In this document: in pieces, positions 12,351 to 23,940 of the stretch
Numbering within the stretch: the first letter of the stretch is position 1
Layout: each line of letters starts with the position of its first letter
Assembly: GCF_006345805.1 (NCBI RefSeq)
Contig: NC_042998.1
Coordinates: 185,504,001 to 185,568,000 of the forward strand
Direction of reading: 5' to 3'
Source of the DNA: Octopus sinensis
Lineage: Eukaryota
DNA: 64,000 nt
Notes under the pieces: generated by a model
What the model saw: only the letters and a program-made list of their open reading frames with translations
The model's database searches: none
What the model was told of the DNA's origin: nothing
Program-made: the position numbers and the translations under genes

Positions 12351-12603
12351 GGCGGTGGCGGCGGCGGTGGTGGTGGTGGTAGTGGTGGTGGTGGTGGTGG
12401 TGGTTTTTGGTGATGGTGGTGGTGGTGGTGGTGGTGGTGTGGTGGTGGTGGTAGTGGTGGTGGTGATGGTGGTGTTAGTGGTAGTGGTGGTGGTGATGGT
12501 GGTGGTGGTGGTGGTGGTAGTGGTGGTTTTTGGTGGTTATAGTGGTGGTGGTGGTGGTGGTTTTTGGTGGTGGTGGTGGTTTTTGGTGGCGGTGGTGGTG
12601 GTG
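12351..12603 (+). repeat. (GGT)n trinucleotide array
   Basis: About 250 bp of imperfect GGT repeats just upstream of the gene. Confidence 0.97.
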
Positions 12604-13219
12604 GAAGTACAATGAGTAATGTTTATCGCATTTTCGTTGATTAAGAGAAAAAAAAAAAGAAGTTATTTTACAAACGTTCACTACCTTACAAAATCTGTAT
12701 CAGCTAAGCAACCTTCTCTTAATGCATTGAAAAAAAAAAACTATAACATATTCGGAACAAATATTTCAGAAAATTATCTCCATTTTCACTTTGAGCATAT
12801 AAAAAACAAACTTAGGTGGGGCAGAATGAGTAAGACACGATAAGATAAGTTTGTTTTTTCAGTTCTCCAGGGTTGCATTTGAATGAAAGATTCGTACACA
12901 TCGATATCCATCTTTAGACATCAGAAAGATAAGGTATGCAACAAAAATAAAATAAAATAAGAAATGTTTTGGTCAAATGAAAGAAATTCATGAAAAAATA
13001 ACACATGATATGAAAGTAACAAAACTCGACAAAATCTAAAAACTCAAAGTATTATCGATAGCTTCATGACCTGCTAGAGTGGCTCACTTTGTGATATATT
13101 TACGCATCATGTAGTTAAAAAGAAGAAAAAAATTCAATAGTTTCTTTTCTTAGTCATTACTCATTTTGCCCCGCTTTAGAATCCTCTATGAAAATTGAAA
13201 ATGATCAAATTAGACATTA

Positions 13220-16200
13220 ATCATCATCATCATCATCATCATCATCATTTAACGTCCGTTTTCCATGCCGTCATGGGTTTGGCGGTTTGACCGAAGCTGG
13301 TAAGGCCAGGGGCCACACCGGGCTCCATTGTTCTGGTATGGTTTCTCTGACTGGATGCCCTTCCTAATGCCACCCACTCTACAGAGTATACTGGGTGCTC
13401 TCTATGTGATATCAGCACTAGTGCTTTTCACATAATACAACCACCAGTGCTTTTTATGTGGTACCAGCACCAGTGTCAATTCTGCTGTGGCAGACAAGTC
13501 TTCTTGAGTGCAGCAATACACCAGATATCTTGGTCCTTAGTCATCTCCTACATAAGGTTCAATACTTTGTCCCATGTCTTCCTAGATCTCCCTTTTCCAC
13601 AAGTTCCATCCACAAGTGATTGGCACTTCTGTATGAAACTGTCTACATCCATACTCATCACATGACCATATCAGTGGAGTCTTCTCTCTTGCACACTGCA
13701 TCTAATTCCTCTTATACCCAACTTTTCTCTCAGTACCCTAGCACTCTGTTGCACATGTACACTGACATTACTCATTCAGCAGAGCATATTAGCTTCATTC
13801 CTCTCTAGCCTTCATATGTCTTCTGCATTCAGGGCCCCCATCTCACTACCATGTAGCATTGTTGTTCATATATACGCATCATAATCTTCCTTTCACTCAG
13901 ACTGCCAACAGAGGTGACACTCTCTGAATTTTCTCCATCCTATTCTTTTAGCAATTACACTTTCTATGCATCCTCCCTCACCACTAATTAGGTCCCCTAA
14001 GTAGCTGAAATTGTCCACTACCTCTAAAGAGTCTCTGGGGCATTTGAGAAAATCGATTTCTTGAGTATCTGTAGTTTTTATGGCTTCTGTGCATCTTCCA
14101 CATACAAACACTACCTTCTCTGATAAGCTTTCTTATTATTTCACAGCACCTCTTATGTGTCCATAGCTTGCACTGGGTACTCAATATGGAATTCCTGCCT
14201 ACACCTTTTCTATATAGCAAGCAGGGTCATTTACCTGATAGGAGAAGGGTCTTGTCTATTTTCTTGCTTAATAGAACCTTTGTCTTTGCTAAGTTAATCT
14301 TAAGGCCCTTTGATTCCAGGTTTTACTTCTACACCTGGAATTTCTTTTTTAGTTCTGTTACAGAATCTGCTATAAAAGCAAGATCATCAGCATATAACAG
14401 TTCTCATGGGCAGCCAGTTTTGAATTCCTCTGTTATGACCTGGAGGATGATGATGAATAGGAGGAGACTGAGAACCAAACCCTGATGAATGCCTACCTCT
14501 ACGCTAAATTCATAATTATACTCATAGTTAACCTTACAAACAGAACCTCTGTACATGGCTTTCACAAGCCACTCATCAACACCTAGCTTCCTCAGAGCCT
14601 ACCATATCTCACAGCAGGGTACTCCGTCCAAGTCAACAAATGCCAAATACAATGTTTTATTCTTGGCCAAATACTTCTCCTCATGCTGTTTGACTATAAA
14701 GATAGCATCAATAGTGCTTCTCCCCTGCACAAAGTCAATTTGTATTTTATCTAATCTGATTCTGCTCCTAATTAATTGGGCTATAACTTTTTCCATCACT
14801 TTCAAGACCTGATCCAGCAACTCGATACCTCTGTAATCACTTCTATCTGAAGCATCTCCTTAACCCTTGCAGCAGCTGACTAAAATGCTGCTGACCACTC
14901 GTTAGGGATGACACCATTCTGAATAACCTGCTTAATTACTCAAGTGACTAAACTGTATCCTATTCTGCTAAATAGTTTAAGCATCTCAGTGGTGACTCTT
15001 GATGGGTTAGGGCTTTCTCTATCTTTACATCCTTAGTTGCCTTATGCATCTTACTGCCATCAACTCAAATAACTGGTCCCTCTGTTGAGTTTACATAGAG
15101 TAAGCTCCCTTTCATCCATTCATTCTCCACATTTAGCTTTTTATTGTAGTCTTTTCATGCCTCTTTCTTTTCTGAGTCACTAAGTGCAAGTATGCCATTA
15201 TCGATACATACACACTTCTCTCCCACAACATCTTGCTTCTCTCTGACATACTGTGTAGTAATCCTGAACACCTCACAGCTCTGATTTTCATGCTGTAAGA
15301 CATTGGCAAACCTCTTCCTTTCTGCTTCTGCCCTGGCTAGATAAACCTGTCACCCAGCTTCCCTCTTGGTTACCTTATATAGCTTTCTGCTGCCTCCTTT
15401 TCTCCAGTCTTCCCAAGCCTGTCTCTTTGTTTTTATGACCCTATCTACCTCAGGTAGATGGAGCCATAAAAGCAAAGAGGCAGGTCACTCTCTATCTGGC
15501 AAAGACTTTGCCACCAACTACAGATTTGGTCTGCAGTCTTCAGAAGGTTGTCTCATAGGAACTACCAGTTGTCTTCAATGTTATACATCACAACCTTCTT
15601 TCTCATTAAATGCTTTAATCAGAATGTCTCTATATCTCTGACTTTTTGATGCATCTTTGAGCTTTCATAACTTCCTTTTCCAGACTAGTTTGCATCTCTG
15701 TGTCCATCTAGCCCCAAGTCTGAAGTCACTCACCACTAACCTATATTGAGTTGTACATTCCTGACTGGGAAAGGACTTTGCATTTATAAGAGTCTGTCTA
15801 TATCTATTTCTAGTGGGGATGTAAGTCAATTTTGCTTGTGTGCCCAACAGACTGAGAAGTGATAAGATGTTTGACTGGTTTCTTGAAGTTAGTGCTACAG
15901 ACCAGCAAATCATTTACATCACAGAATTCGAGGAGCCTTGTCCCCTCCTCATTTCTAGTGCCAAAGCAAAAACCTCCATGCACACCATAAAATCCATTGG
16001 TGTGTTGCCCAAAATGACCATTGAAATCACCATCTATGATAAAACCATTTTCCTTTGTTGTTGAGGTAGTCTACAGAAGAGGCCCATACAAACAGCCCTT
16101 GTGTTCATCAGTTAATCCAGCATGTGGAGTATATGCAGAGATAAATGTCACTGTTACATTATACAAGACTATTCTTAACTTGATAATCCTATCACATACC

Positions 16201-16490
16201 CTGACTACATCCATCACCTTATCTACTCACTTCTCTGCCATGAGTATACCCACCTGCTTATACCTACACTTTTCCCTATCCAGAAGAATTTATATCTATG
16301 CTTCTGGCCCGCAAGCAGTCTAGCTGAGGTCCATCACCATCATACTTCTTGCATGCAGCAGACAGCCACATTTCTTCACTCAAGTATTTTAACAATCTCA
16401 CCAACCCTACCTTTCATAGTGCTAACATTGATCTAAGTTTGTGGACTTCAACAGAGTGTGAGGGTATGCAGGGTATTGTGGTTGACACCA
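13220..16490 (-). mobile_element. Near-full-span decayed RTE LINE (APE, RT, PHD-like insert, (ATG)n tail)
   Basis: STANVG APE start near 16430; LDQVLKVMEKV..GRSTIDAIF..YLAFVDL; KGVGRNSI..CKLWTHKRC; VDNFSYLGD; tail catcatcat at 13220-13250. Confidence 0.88.
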
Positions 16491-17099
16491 GAGAAAAAGA
16501 GGAAGAGTACTTTTTCTAGCACATGACCGGGCATAGCATGTCCTTGCACATGTCATTGAAAGCAGGTATAGGTAAATACTGAATAGGATACTCAATGTTC
16601 ACAGTCTCAATTGACTTGGAATCCAACAGAGAAAAGAATACTGATTGTTAACCCTTTAGCATTCAAATTATTCTGTCAAATGTAAAGCTTATGTATTCAC
16701 ACCATGTAAAATTAATCTTGCATTATTTCATGGCTTTGAGATTTCAATGATATGATTGTTTATTTTAAAAATGACACAATAAGGTAGCTATGAATGACCA
16801 TATCTGACTAGTTTGAACATAAAATAGGTAGAATATTATGGCTGGTTTAAACACTAAAGGGTTAAACACCAAAAATTATCGAAATATTTTATTAACTAGC
16901 TTAATTACAATAGGGTCCAAGTCAGTGCTGAATTAGCCATTAAGCAAAATAAGCATGCACTTAGGACATCAAGGGAGTGGGGGCATTACAGAAATGGTAA
17001 ATGGGTTATGGTTCAAAAGAAATCACTTCAAAATTGTTACAATAATATTCAAAGTGGTTTATATAATCAGAAGTATAATTCCAAATGTTCATGATGCCA

Positions 17100-17342
17100 T
17101 AGTGAGGATCTGATCAATGACTTTGCAATTAAAAAAAGTGAGAGAAATCTTTTCAAATATAAATAAAGTGGAAGTATACAAAAATAAACATTATTTTCCA
17201 TCTTATTGTTAGTTTTGTTTCATTCTGGAAAATAGAATTTATTCTATGGTTTATTATTGTTTATATTTTGAATTGTATATATATGTGGGGCATCAAAATC
17301 TTTTAAGTGTTTAGGGCCTCTGTGGGTCTTAATCTGGCCCTG
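17100..17342 (+). mobile_element. hAT 3' end, same family as 9807-10520
   Basis: gaggatctgatcaatgactttgcaatt (EDLINDFAI) and terminus ..cttaatctggccctg. Confidence 0.7.
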
Positions 17343-17528
17343 GTCAAAGTTGAGGAAAAATTTACTGAAAAGGAAGTACTTGGCCCTGAATGCGTTTCAA
17401 GCCCTTTTGACTACAACTATACAGTCCAACTTTTAGTTCTGAAGACAACACAACAGTACAAAATGATGATGCATTACTTGCAATGTATTGATTTCAAACA
17501 AAAAAAAAAAGAAAATAATAAAGAATCA

Positions 17529-17934
17529 GGTGCAGGAGTGGCTGTGTGGTAAGTAGCTTGCTAACCAACCACATGGTTCCGGGTTCAGTCCCACTGCGTG
17601 GCATCTTGGGCAAGTGTCTTCTGCTATAGCCTCGGGCCGACCAATGCCTTGTGAGTGGATTTGGTAGATGGAAACTGAAAGAAGCCTGTCGGATATATGT
17701 ATATATATATATATATGTATGTGTGTGTATGTTTGTGTGTCTGTTTTCCCTCTAGCATTGCTTGACAACCGATGCTGGTGTTTTTATGTCCGCGTCACTT
17801 AGCAATTCGGCAAAAAAGAGAGCGATAGAATAAGTACTGGGTTTATAAAGAATAAGTCCTGGGGTCGAGTTGCTCGATTAAAGGCGGTGCTCCAGCATGG
17901 CCGCAGTCAAATGACTGAAACAAGTAAAAAGAGT
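17529..17934 (+). mobile_element. tRNA-derived SINE with internal (TA)n/(TG)n, family C
   Basis: ggagtggctgtgtggtaagtagcttgct..ggttccgggttcagtccc..gaaagaagcc-(TA)n-..gactgaaacaagtaaaagag; many copies in the window. Confidence 0.9.
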
Positions 17935-18539
17935 AATCAGAAATTACTCATTTTGCCCCACTTGGGCCATTCTGCCCCCATCCCTATATTTACACCTAGT
18001 ATATTTGACATTTATTGATGTGAGGTTCTCACAACAGAGACGTCAAGTGAAGAAGAACTGAAGAACGAAGAATATTACTTATATGTTTATTCACCCAGCA
18101 AGTAATAAATAAGACAATAGTAATTGAACATAGTTGAATGTGGATCTTTACTCCGTGGTTGGCAGTTGTGTGGAAGTGAAGTGAAAGAAGAAAATCTGAC
18201 TGTTACTCCCAAGCTATCTGGAACTACTGAACTAGGAGCTAAGAAAAAGGTTCTATTTTATATTCTCCAGAGCTGTCTTGTCCAGGACAAAGGAATTACT
18301 ATTCCTTATCTAGTTTTCAGCTCCAGGTGACCTACAGAACTACTTAAACTAAGGAAATGAGATAGACAAATGACAGCTGACCTCATAAATTCTGATGTGA
18401 TATACATTAAACAAAGAAAAAATGTTGGAGTGAAATCTTAATTATGGTTTCTGTTCCAACCTTTTTGAATTTGTGTTGCAAAATTCCTTGATGTGAAGCT
18501 GTGTTGAAACTGATATTGTCGTATTTTGGGATACTCTTT

Positions 18540-18754
18540 ACTCTTTACTCTTTTACTTGTTTCAGTCATTTGACTGTGGCCATGCTGGAGCACCGCCTTT
18601 AATCGAGCAACTCCACCCTGGGACTTATTCTTTTGTAAGCCCAGTACTTATTCTATCGGTCTCTTTTGCCAAACCGCTAAGTAATGGGGGACATAAACAC
18701 ACCAGCATCGGTTGTCAATCAATGTTAGGGGGACAAACACAGACACACAAACAC

Positions 18755-18809
<55 letters not shown>

Positions 18810-18970
18810 ACAGGCTTCTTTCAGTTTCCGTCTACCAAATCCACTCACAAGGCATTGGTCAGCCCGGGGCTATAGCAGAAGACACTTGCTCAAGATGCCA
18901 CGTAGTGGGACTGAACCCGGAACCATGTGGTTGGTTAGCAAGCTACTTACCACACAGCCACTCCTGCGCC
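18540..18970 (-). mobile_element. SINE family C
   Basis: Reverse complement of the 17529-17934 type. Confidence 0.9.
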
Positions 18971-19473
18971 TGGATAGCCATTTTTTTTTGTTTTTTTGAC
19001 AAATAAACATATGCACTATATATTTGTTCTTCACTCATTTATTACTGTTCCATTTACTGGAAATCTTTCATTACACATCTGTGACCTCTTCAGCAACACT
19101 TTTTGTCCTTGTGTGTACTCTTGCTCCTTGTAATCCACTTTGTTCTTCTAGGATATGAATCCTTATATGCACATGCGTTTGCATCTGTACTTATGTGTGT
19201 TTGCATGTGTGTGTGGTTCTTAGCAGCACTATTACCCTTCCCTCACTCCCGTCCCCTACCCTGTTGCTGCTGTTGCTGCCCTTGACTCCGACTCTTGGTA
19301 TTGTTCATGTATCCCTCTGTGTTTGTGTGTTCGCCCAAGCTGCTGCCATCATGGTAGTAGTTGTTGTTGCCATTGTTGATCATGTTGTTGATGATGTTGT
19401 AGCTGTTTGTGAAGTTACTCTATGTGCATTTGTGTGTGTATATGGGTTCACTTACTATGTTATTTGTATCCGT

Positions 19474-19854
19474 GGAGGCGCAATGGCCCAGTGGTTAGGG
19501 CAGCGGACTCGTGGTCGTAGGATCGCGGTTTCGATTCCCAGACCGGGCGTTGTGAGTGTTTATTGAGCGAAAACACCTAAAGCTCTACGAGGCTCTGGCA
19601 GGGATGGTGGTGATCCCTGCTGTACTCTTTCACCACAACTTTCTCTCACTCTTTCTTCCTGTTTCTGTTGTACCTGTATTTCAAAGGGCCGGCCTTGTCA
19701 CTCTCTGTGTCACGCTGAATATCCCCGAGAACTACGTTAAGGGTGCACGTGTCTGTGGAGTGCTCAGCCACTTACACGTTAATTTCACGAGCAGGCTGTT
19801 CTGTTGATCGGATCAACCGGAACCCTCGTCGTCATAACTGACGGAGTGCTTCCA
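19474..19854 (+). mobile_element. SINE family A
   Basis: ggaggcgcaatggcccagtggttagggcagcggactc..gtttcgattcccagacc. Confidence 0.9.
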
Positions 19855-20583
19855 TTCCATATGTGTATCCATGCCCTATATATTCTTTTACTTTTATTCT
19901 TTTACTTGTTTTAGTTATTTAACTGCAGCCATGCTGGAGCACTACCTTAAAGGGTTTTAATGGAAAAAATCAACCCCAGGACTTATCCTTTGTAAGCCTA
20001 GTACTTATTCTATCAGTCTCTTTTGCTGAACTGCTAGGTTACAGAGAACTAAACACACCAGCATTGGTTGTACAGTGATGGTGGGGGAGAAAAAGACAGA
20101 CACACCACACAAATATATACATACATCCACTTTCCATGCCAGTATGGGTTGGACAGTTTGACTGAGGGCTGGCAGGCCACAGGCCACAGGCCAGAAGGCT
20201 GTACCAGGCTCCAATCCGATCTGGCAAAGTTTTTACAGCTAGATGCCCTTCTTAATGCCAATCACTCCAAGAGTGTAGCGGGTACTTTTTACACAATGAC
20301 CATGCTCGAACGGTACTGTTTATGTGCCACTGGCATGGGACCAGTTAGCTGGCACTGGCACTGACCACACTCGAATGGTGCTTTTTACATGTCACTGGAG
20401 CCAGTCAGGTAGCACTGGCAACGATCACTCTTAAATGGTGCTTTTAATGTGCCACTGGCATGGGTGCCAATTAGGCATATATATATAAATACATGTATGT
20501 ATATATATATAGTTTGTAGAAATACAAAACTCTGGAAGAGAAGCACACACTAAGATGTAGAACAGTTGGGGAGGCTGGTTTAT

Positions 20584-20620
20584 GGGGTTACCCTGGGTTT
20601 CTAGTGTATCTTCAGACCCC
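20584..20620 (-). ncRNA. Minimal type I hammerhead motif with intact core
   Basis: GGGGU-CUGAAGA-UACACUA-GAAA-CCCAGGG-UA-ACCCC; inverted partner on the plus strand at about 20715-20775. Confidence 0.65.
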
Positions 20621-20789
20621 AAACACTGCTGGGAGATAATCACCTAGTGTTTACCTTTATAGTGAAGAATTTTCCTCCTCCATATTTTGAAGAGATCTTA
20701 GGCTAGTATTGTTTGGAGTCTGAAGATGTGCTGTAAGGCTAAACCCCTTATGAACGAGAAACCCAAGGTAACCCCATAAACCAGCCTCT

Positions 20790-21035
20790 TCCATTGTGCC
20801 ACCGGCACGGGGGCCAGGCGCTGCCAGCCTCGCCTGGCCCCCGTGCCGGTGGCACGTAAAAGCACCCACTACACTCACGGAGTGGTTGGCGTTAGGAAGG
20901 GCATCCAGCCGTAGAAAGACTGCCAGATCTGACTGGGCCTGATGCAGCCTTCCGGCTTCACAGACCCCAGTTGAACCGTCCAACCCATGCTAGCATGGAA
21001 AGCAGACGCTAAATGATGATGATGATGATGATGAT
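20790..21035 (+). mobile_element. RTE-related 3' end or SINE with (ATG)n tail
   Basis: ggcgttaggaagggcatccagcc..gcatggaaagcagacgctaaatgatgatg, same tail family as 13220-13450. Confidence 0.7.
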
Positions 21036-22373
21036 AGAGAGGTGGGCACTGTTAATCAAAAGTTAACATCGATAATCATTAATCTGTTAATCAAAAAGAC
21101 AACTTTGTTAATTGTTAATCCATTAATTCTATGAAAATGTAACAGAAGTTAACATTAACTTTTATTGCAAAAATGCATACCTACAATTTAATACCCCACT
21201 GACTTTGTTGCCTCATAGCTTCCAGAAAAATGGATACTTTTTAATGAAACTTTCACCAAATAATTGCATATATCCTATAGATTGAGTGTATGTAAAGATT
21301 TGTTGAAAAATTTTGGGGGTGGTTGGAGAGAGGAGTTTCAGAAAATTCACAGGACTTGACATTTTCTCCTTCATAATTTTCTGGAAAATAGATATTTTTT
21401 AATGAAATTTCATACAAATATCTTTCAAACAGGTAGATAACGATTACAAAGAAATTTGTAGGCAAAATTTTTGGGAGCAGGGGTGGAGGAGCTTCTGGAA
21501 AACGGAGTTTCGGATCAGACAGTCCACATAAGTTAGAATTTCTTCATTTTTACAGGGATTTTTTAACAATGTTTTTCACCAAAGTCTTCAGAATAATGAG
21601 AGGCATCTTTTCACGAAAAAAGAAGAAAAAGTTTTGAATTTTTTTTCACTCCCACCACCCCCTAACCACCCCAGTCCGAAACGATTTTGGCCATTTTTTT
21701 TTTTTTGTCACTATACACTTAAAACCCATGAGAGAAACATTTTTGGTTTTTAAAAAATTGTTAATAGTTTCAGGGGAAAATATGTGATTTAAGAGAAATC
21801 TGGCTGTTGTTTCTAGTACATCTCAAAACCTCATTCCTCACACATTTATCAATGCTTTTCAATATTTTTTCCCCATAAACAAATTTTATGGAATGATGAT
21901 GGCAAAGTAACACGTGTGTAGTCCCAACTGAGCAAGGCTGTGTTATGTGTGTGAGTAAGAAAAAAGATACCTAAAAACATCTTTAGTGTTCATATTAATC
22001 TGTCAAATATAATGCTTATTTGTTCACCTTATTTTGAATTATTCAGGTTCAAAAGGAGTGTCCACAATATTCGCTTGTAACTTTGTCAATTTTTTACATA
22101 CTAATTTGAAATTTTGCTACTAGTTATGTAATTTTATCTAGTTACATAATTTTGTCATTAGTTATGTAAAATATATGATCTTGCTGAGTAAATTTGACTT
22201 TTATGGGCAGGTAAATTTAATTAACAGGTGTAAAAGCAATAAAATCTAGGATAAACACTAAAATTGAAATTCTTAATACATCTTACCTATTTGATTTGTT
22301 ACTAAAATTATCCCGGATGGTACCTGACGAAAATTTTGCCACTTTTCAAGATGAGGTACATTAATTTGAATTA

Positions 22374-22902
22374 AGGAGTGGCTGCGTGGTAAGTAGCTTG
22401 CTAACTAACCACATGGTTCCGGGTTCAGTCCCTCTGCGTGGCAACTTGGGCAAGTGTCTTCTGCTATAGCCCCGGGCCAACCAATGCCTTGTGAGTGGAT
22501 TTGGTAGACGGAAACTGAAAGAAGCCTGTCGTATATATGTATATATATATATATATAATAATATAATAAATATTAGGGAATAAATCCAAATTTACAGGGA
22601 AAAAATCAGATTTAGGATTAAATCCAATTTTATAGTAAAATATTATATAATATTATTAGAGACAAAACCACTATTTTGCAAAACAAACAAGGAAAGACTT
22701 AATCAATACATAAAATTTTAATAAAAAGTCAAAAAAACCGCCACTACAATTGTTTCTTGTCTTGATCGACAATTTTCAGGTGGACTTCCAATAAGTCAGT
22801 TTCAAATTATGAAGTGGCGGTTTTTTTGACTTTTTATTAAAATTTTATGTATTGATTAAGTCTTTCCTTGTTTGTTTTGCAAAATAGTGGTTTTGTCTCT
22901 AA

Positions 22903-22944
<42 letters not shown>

Positions 22945-23150
22945 TATATGTGTGTGTGTGTTTTGTCCCCCTAGCATTGCTTGACAACCGATGCTGGTGT
23001 GTTTTGTCCCCGTCACTTAGCGGTTCGGCAAAAAGAGACCGATAGAATAAGTACTGGGCTTACAAAGAATAAGTCCTGGGGTCGATTTGCTCGACTAAAG
23101 GCGGTGCTCCAGCATGGCCGCAGTCAAATGACTGAAACAAGTAAAAGAAA
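22374..23150 (+). mobile_element. SINE family C split by an insertion in its internal (TA)n
   Basis: Head 22374-22531, tail about 22930-23150; insert has inverted arms 22644-22745 and 22813-22914. Confidence 0.85.
22741..22783 (-). ncRNA. Type I hammerhead motif, G8 replaced by A
   Basis: CCAC-CUGAAAA-UUGUC(gaucaa)GACAA-GAAA-CAAUUG-UA-GUGG. Confidence 0.6.
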
Positions 23151-23711
23151 AGAAAAAAAGAAAAGAAAGGTATAATTGATGCAAGATTTTATTCATTCAG
23201 TAAATATTTCATACTTCGGTGTTGAATAATTTTTTTTCCTCAGATTTTTCAAGTGTATTCAATATATCTGACCTCTAAACCTGCTGCAAGCCACTTTTTT
23301 TCCAGAAAAGAAATGTAGGATGGGGGGTGGAATTGTTCTCTCTTGACAGGACAAAGAAATTTCCTGCTGTCTTTGCAAGCAACAAGTGGGTGGATTTGGT
23401 TTCAAATCCAGGTAGGGCCAAATGAGGTCCTGCAAGTTGTTTGTAATAAGTGGCGTTATATGGGGGTTGAAAGAATGATGTGTACAATATTAAATATGTT
23501 ATGACAATCTGAAAACAATAGAAACTTTTAAATGGTTACCAGTTTTTATGTAATTTTGAGCTTAACAGACTTGGGTTAATTAAAGCTAAATGTAATGGAA
23601 ATTAATTAGTCTGATAATGATTTTCAAAGTTAACTTAAAAGTTAGATCGTTAATGAAAATGTTAACTTCGTTAATTAATGATTAACAGGTTAATGGACTT
23701 ATGCCCAGCTC

Positions 23712-23908
<197 letters not shown>

Positions 23909-23940
23909 AAGGGTGAAAAGGAACACACGAGTTGATATAT

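Noticed and set aside
12355-12681. Poly-Val, poly-Gly and poly-His ORFs, and the IYIY, THTH, CVCV and ERER ORFs across the window
   Set aside because: These are microsatellite translations.
12200-13200. CLEAR/TFEB element expected for a lysosomal gene
   Set aside because: I saw no GTCACGTGAC or TCACGTGA motif upstream of the exon.
19474-19545. tRNA genes at SINE heads (also near 3700, 10980, 17530, 37600 and 42540)
   Set aside because: A and B boxes are present, but I saw no complete acceptor stem and each continues into a repeat body.
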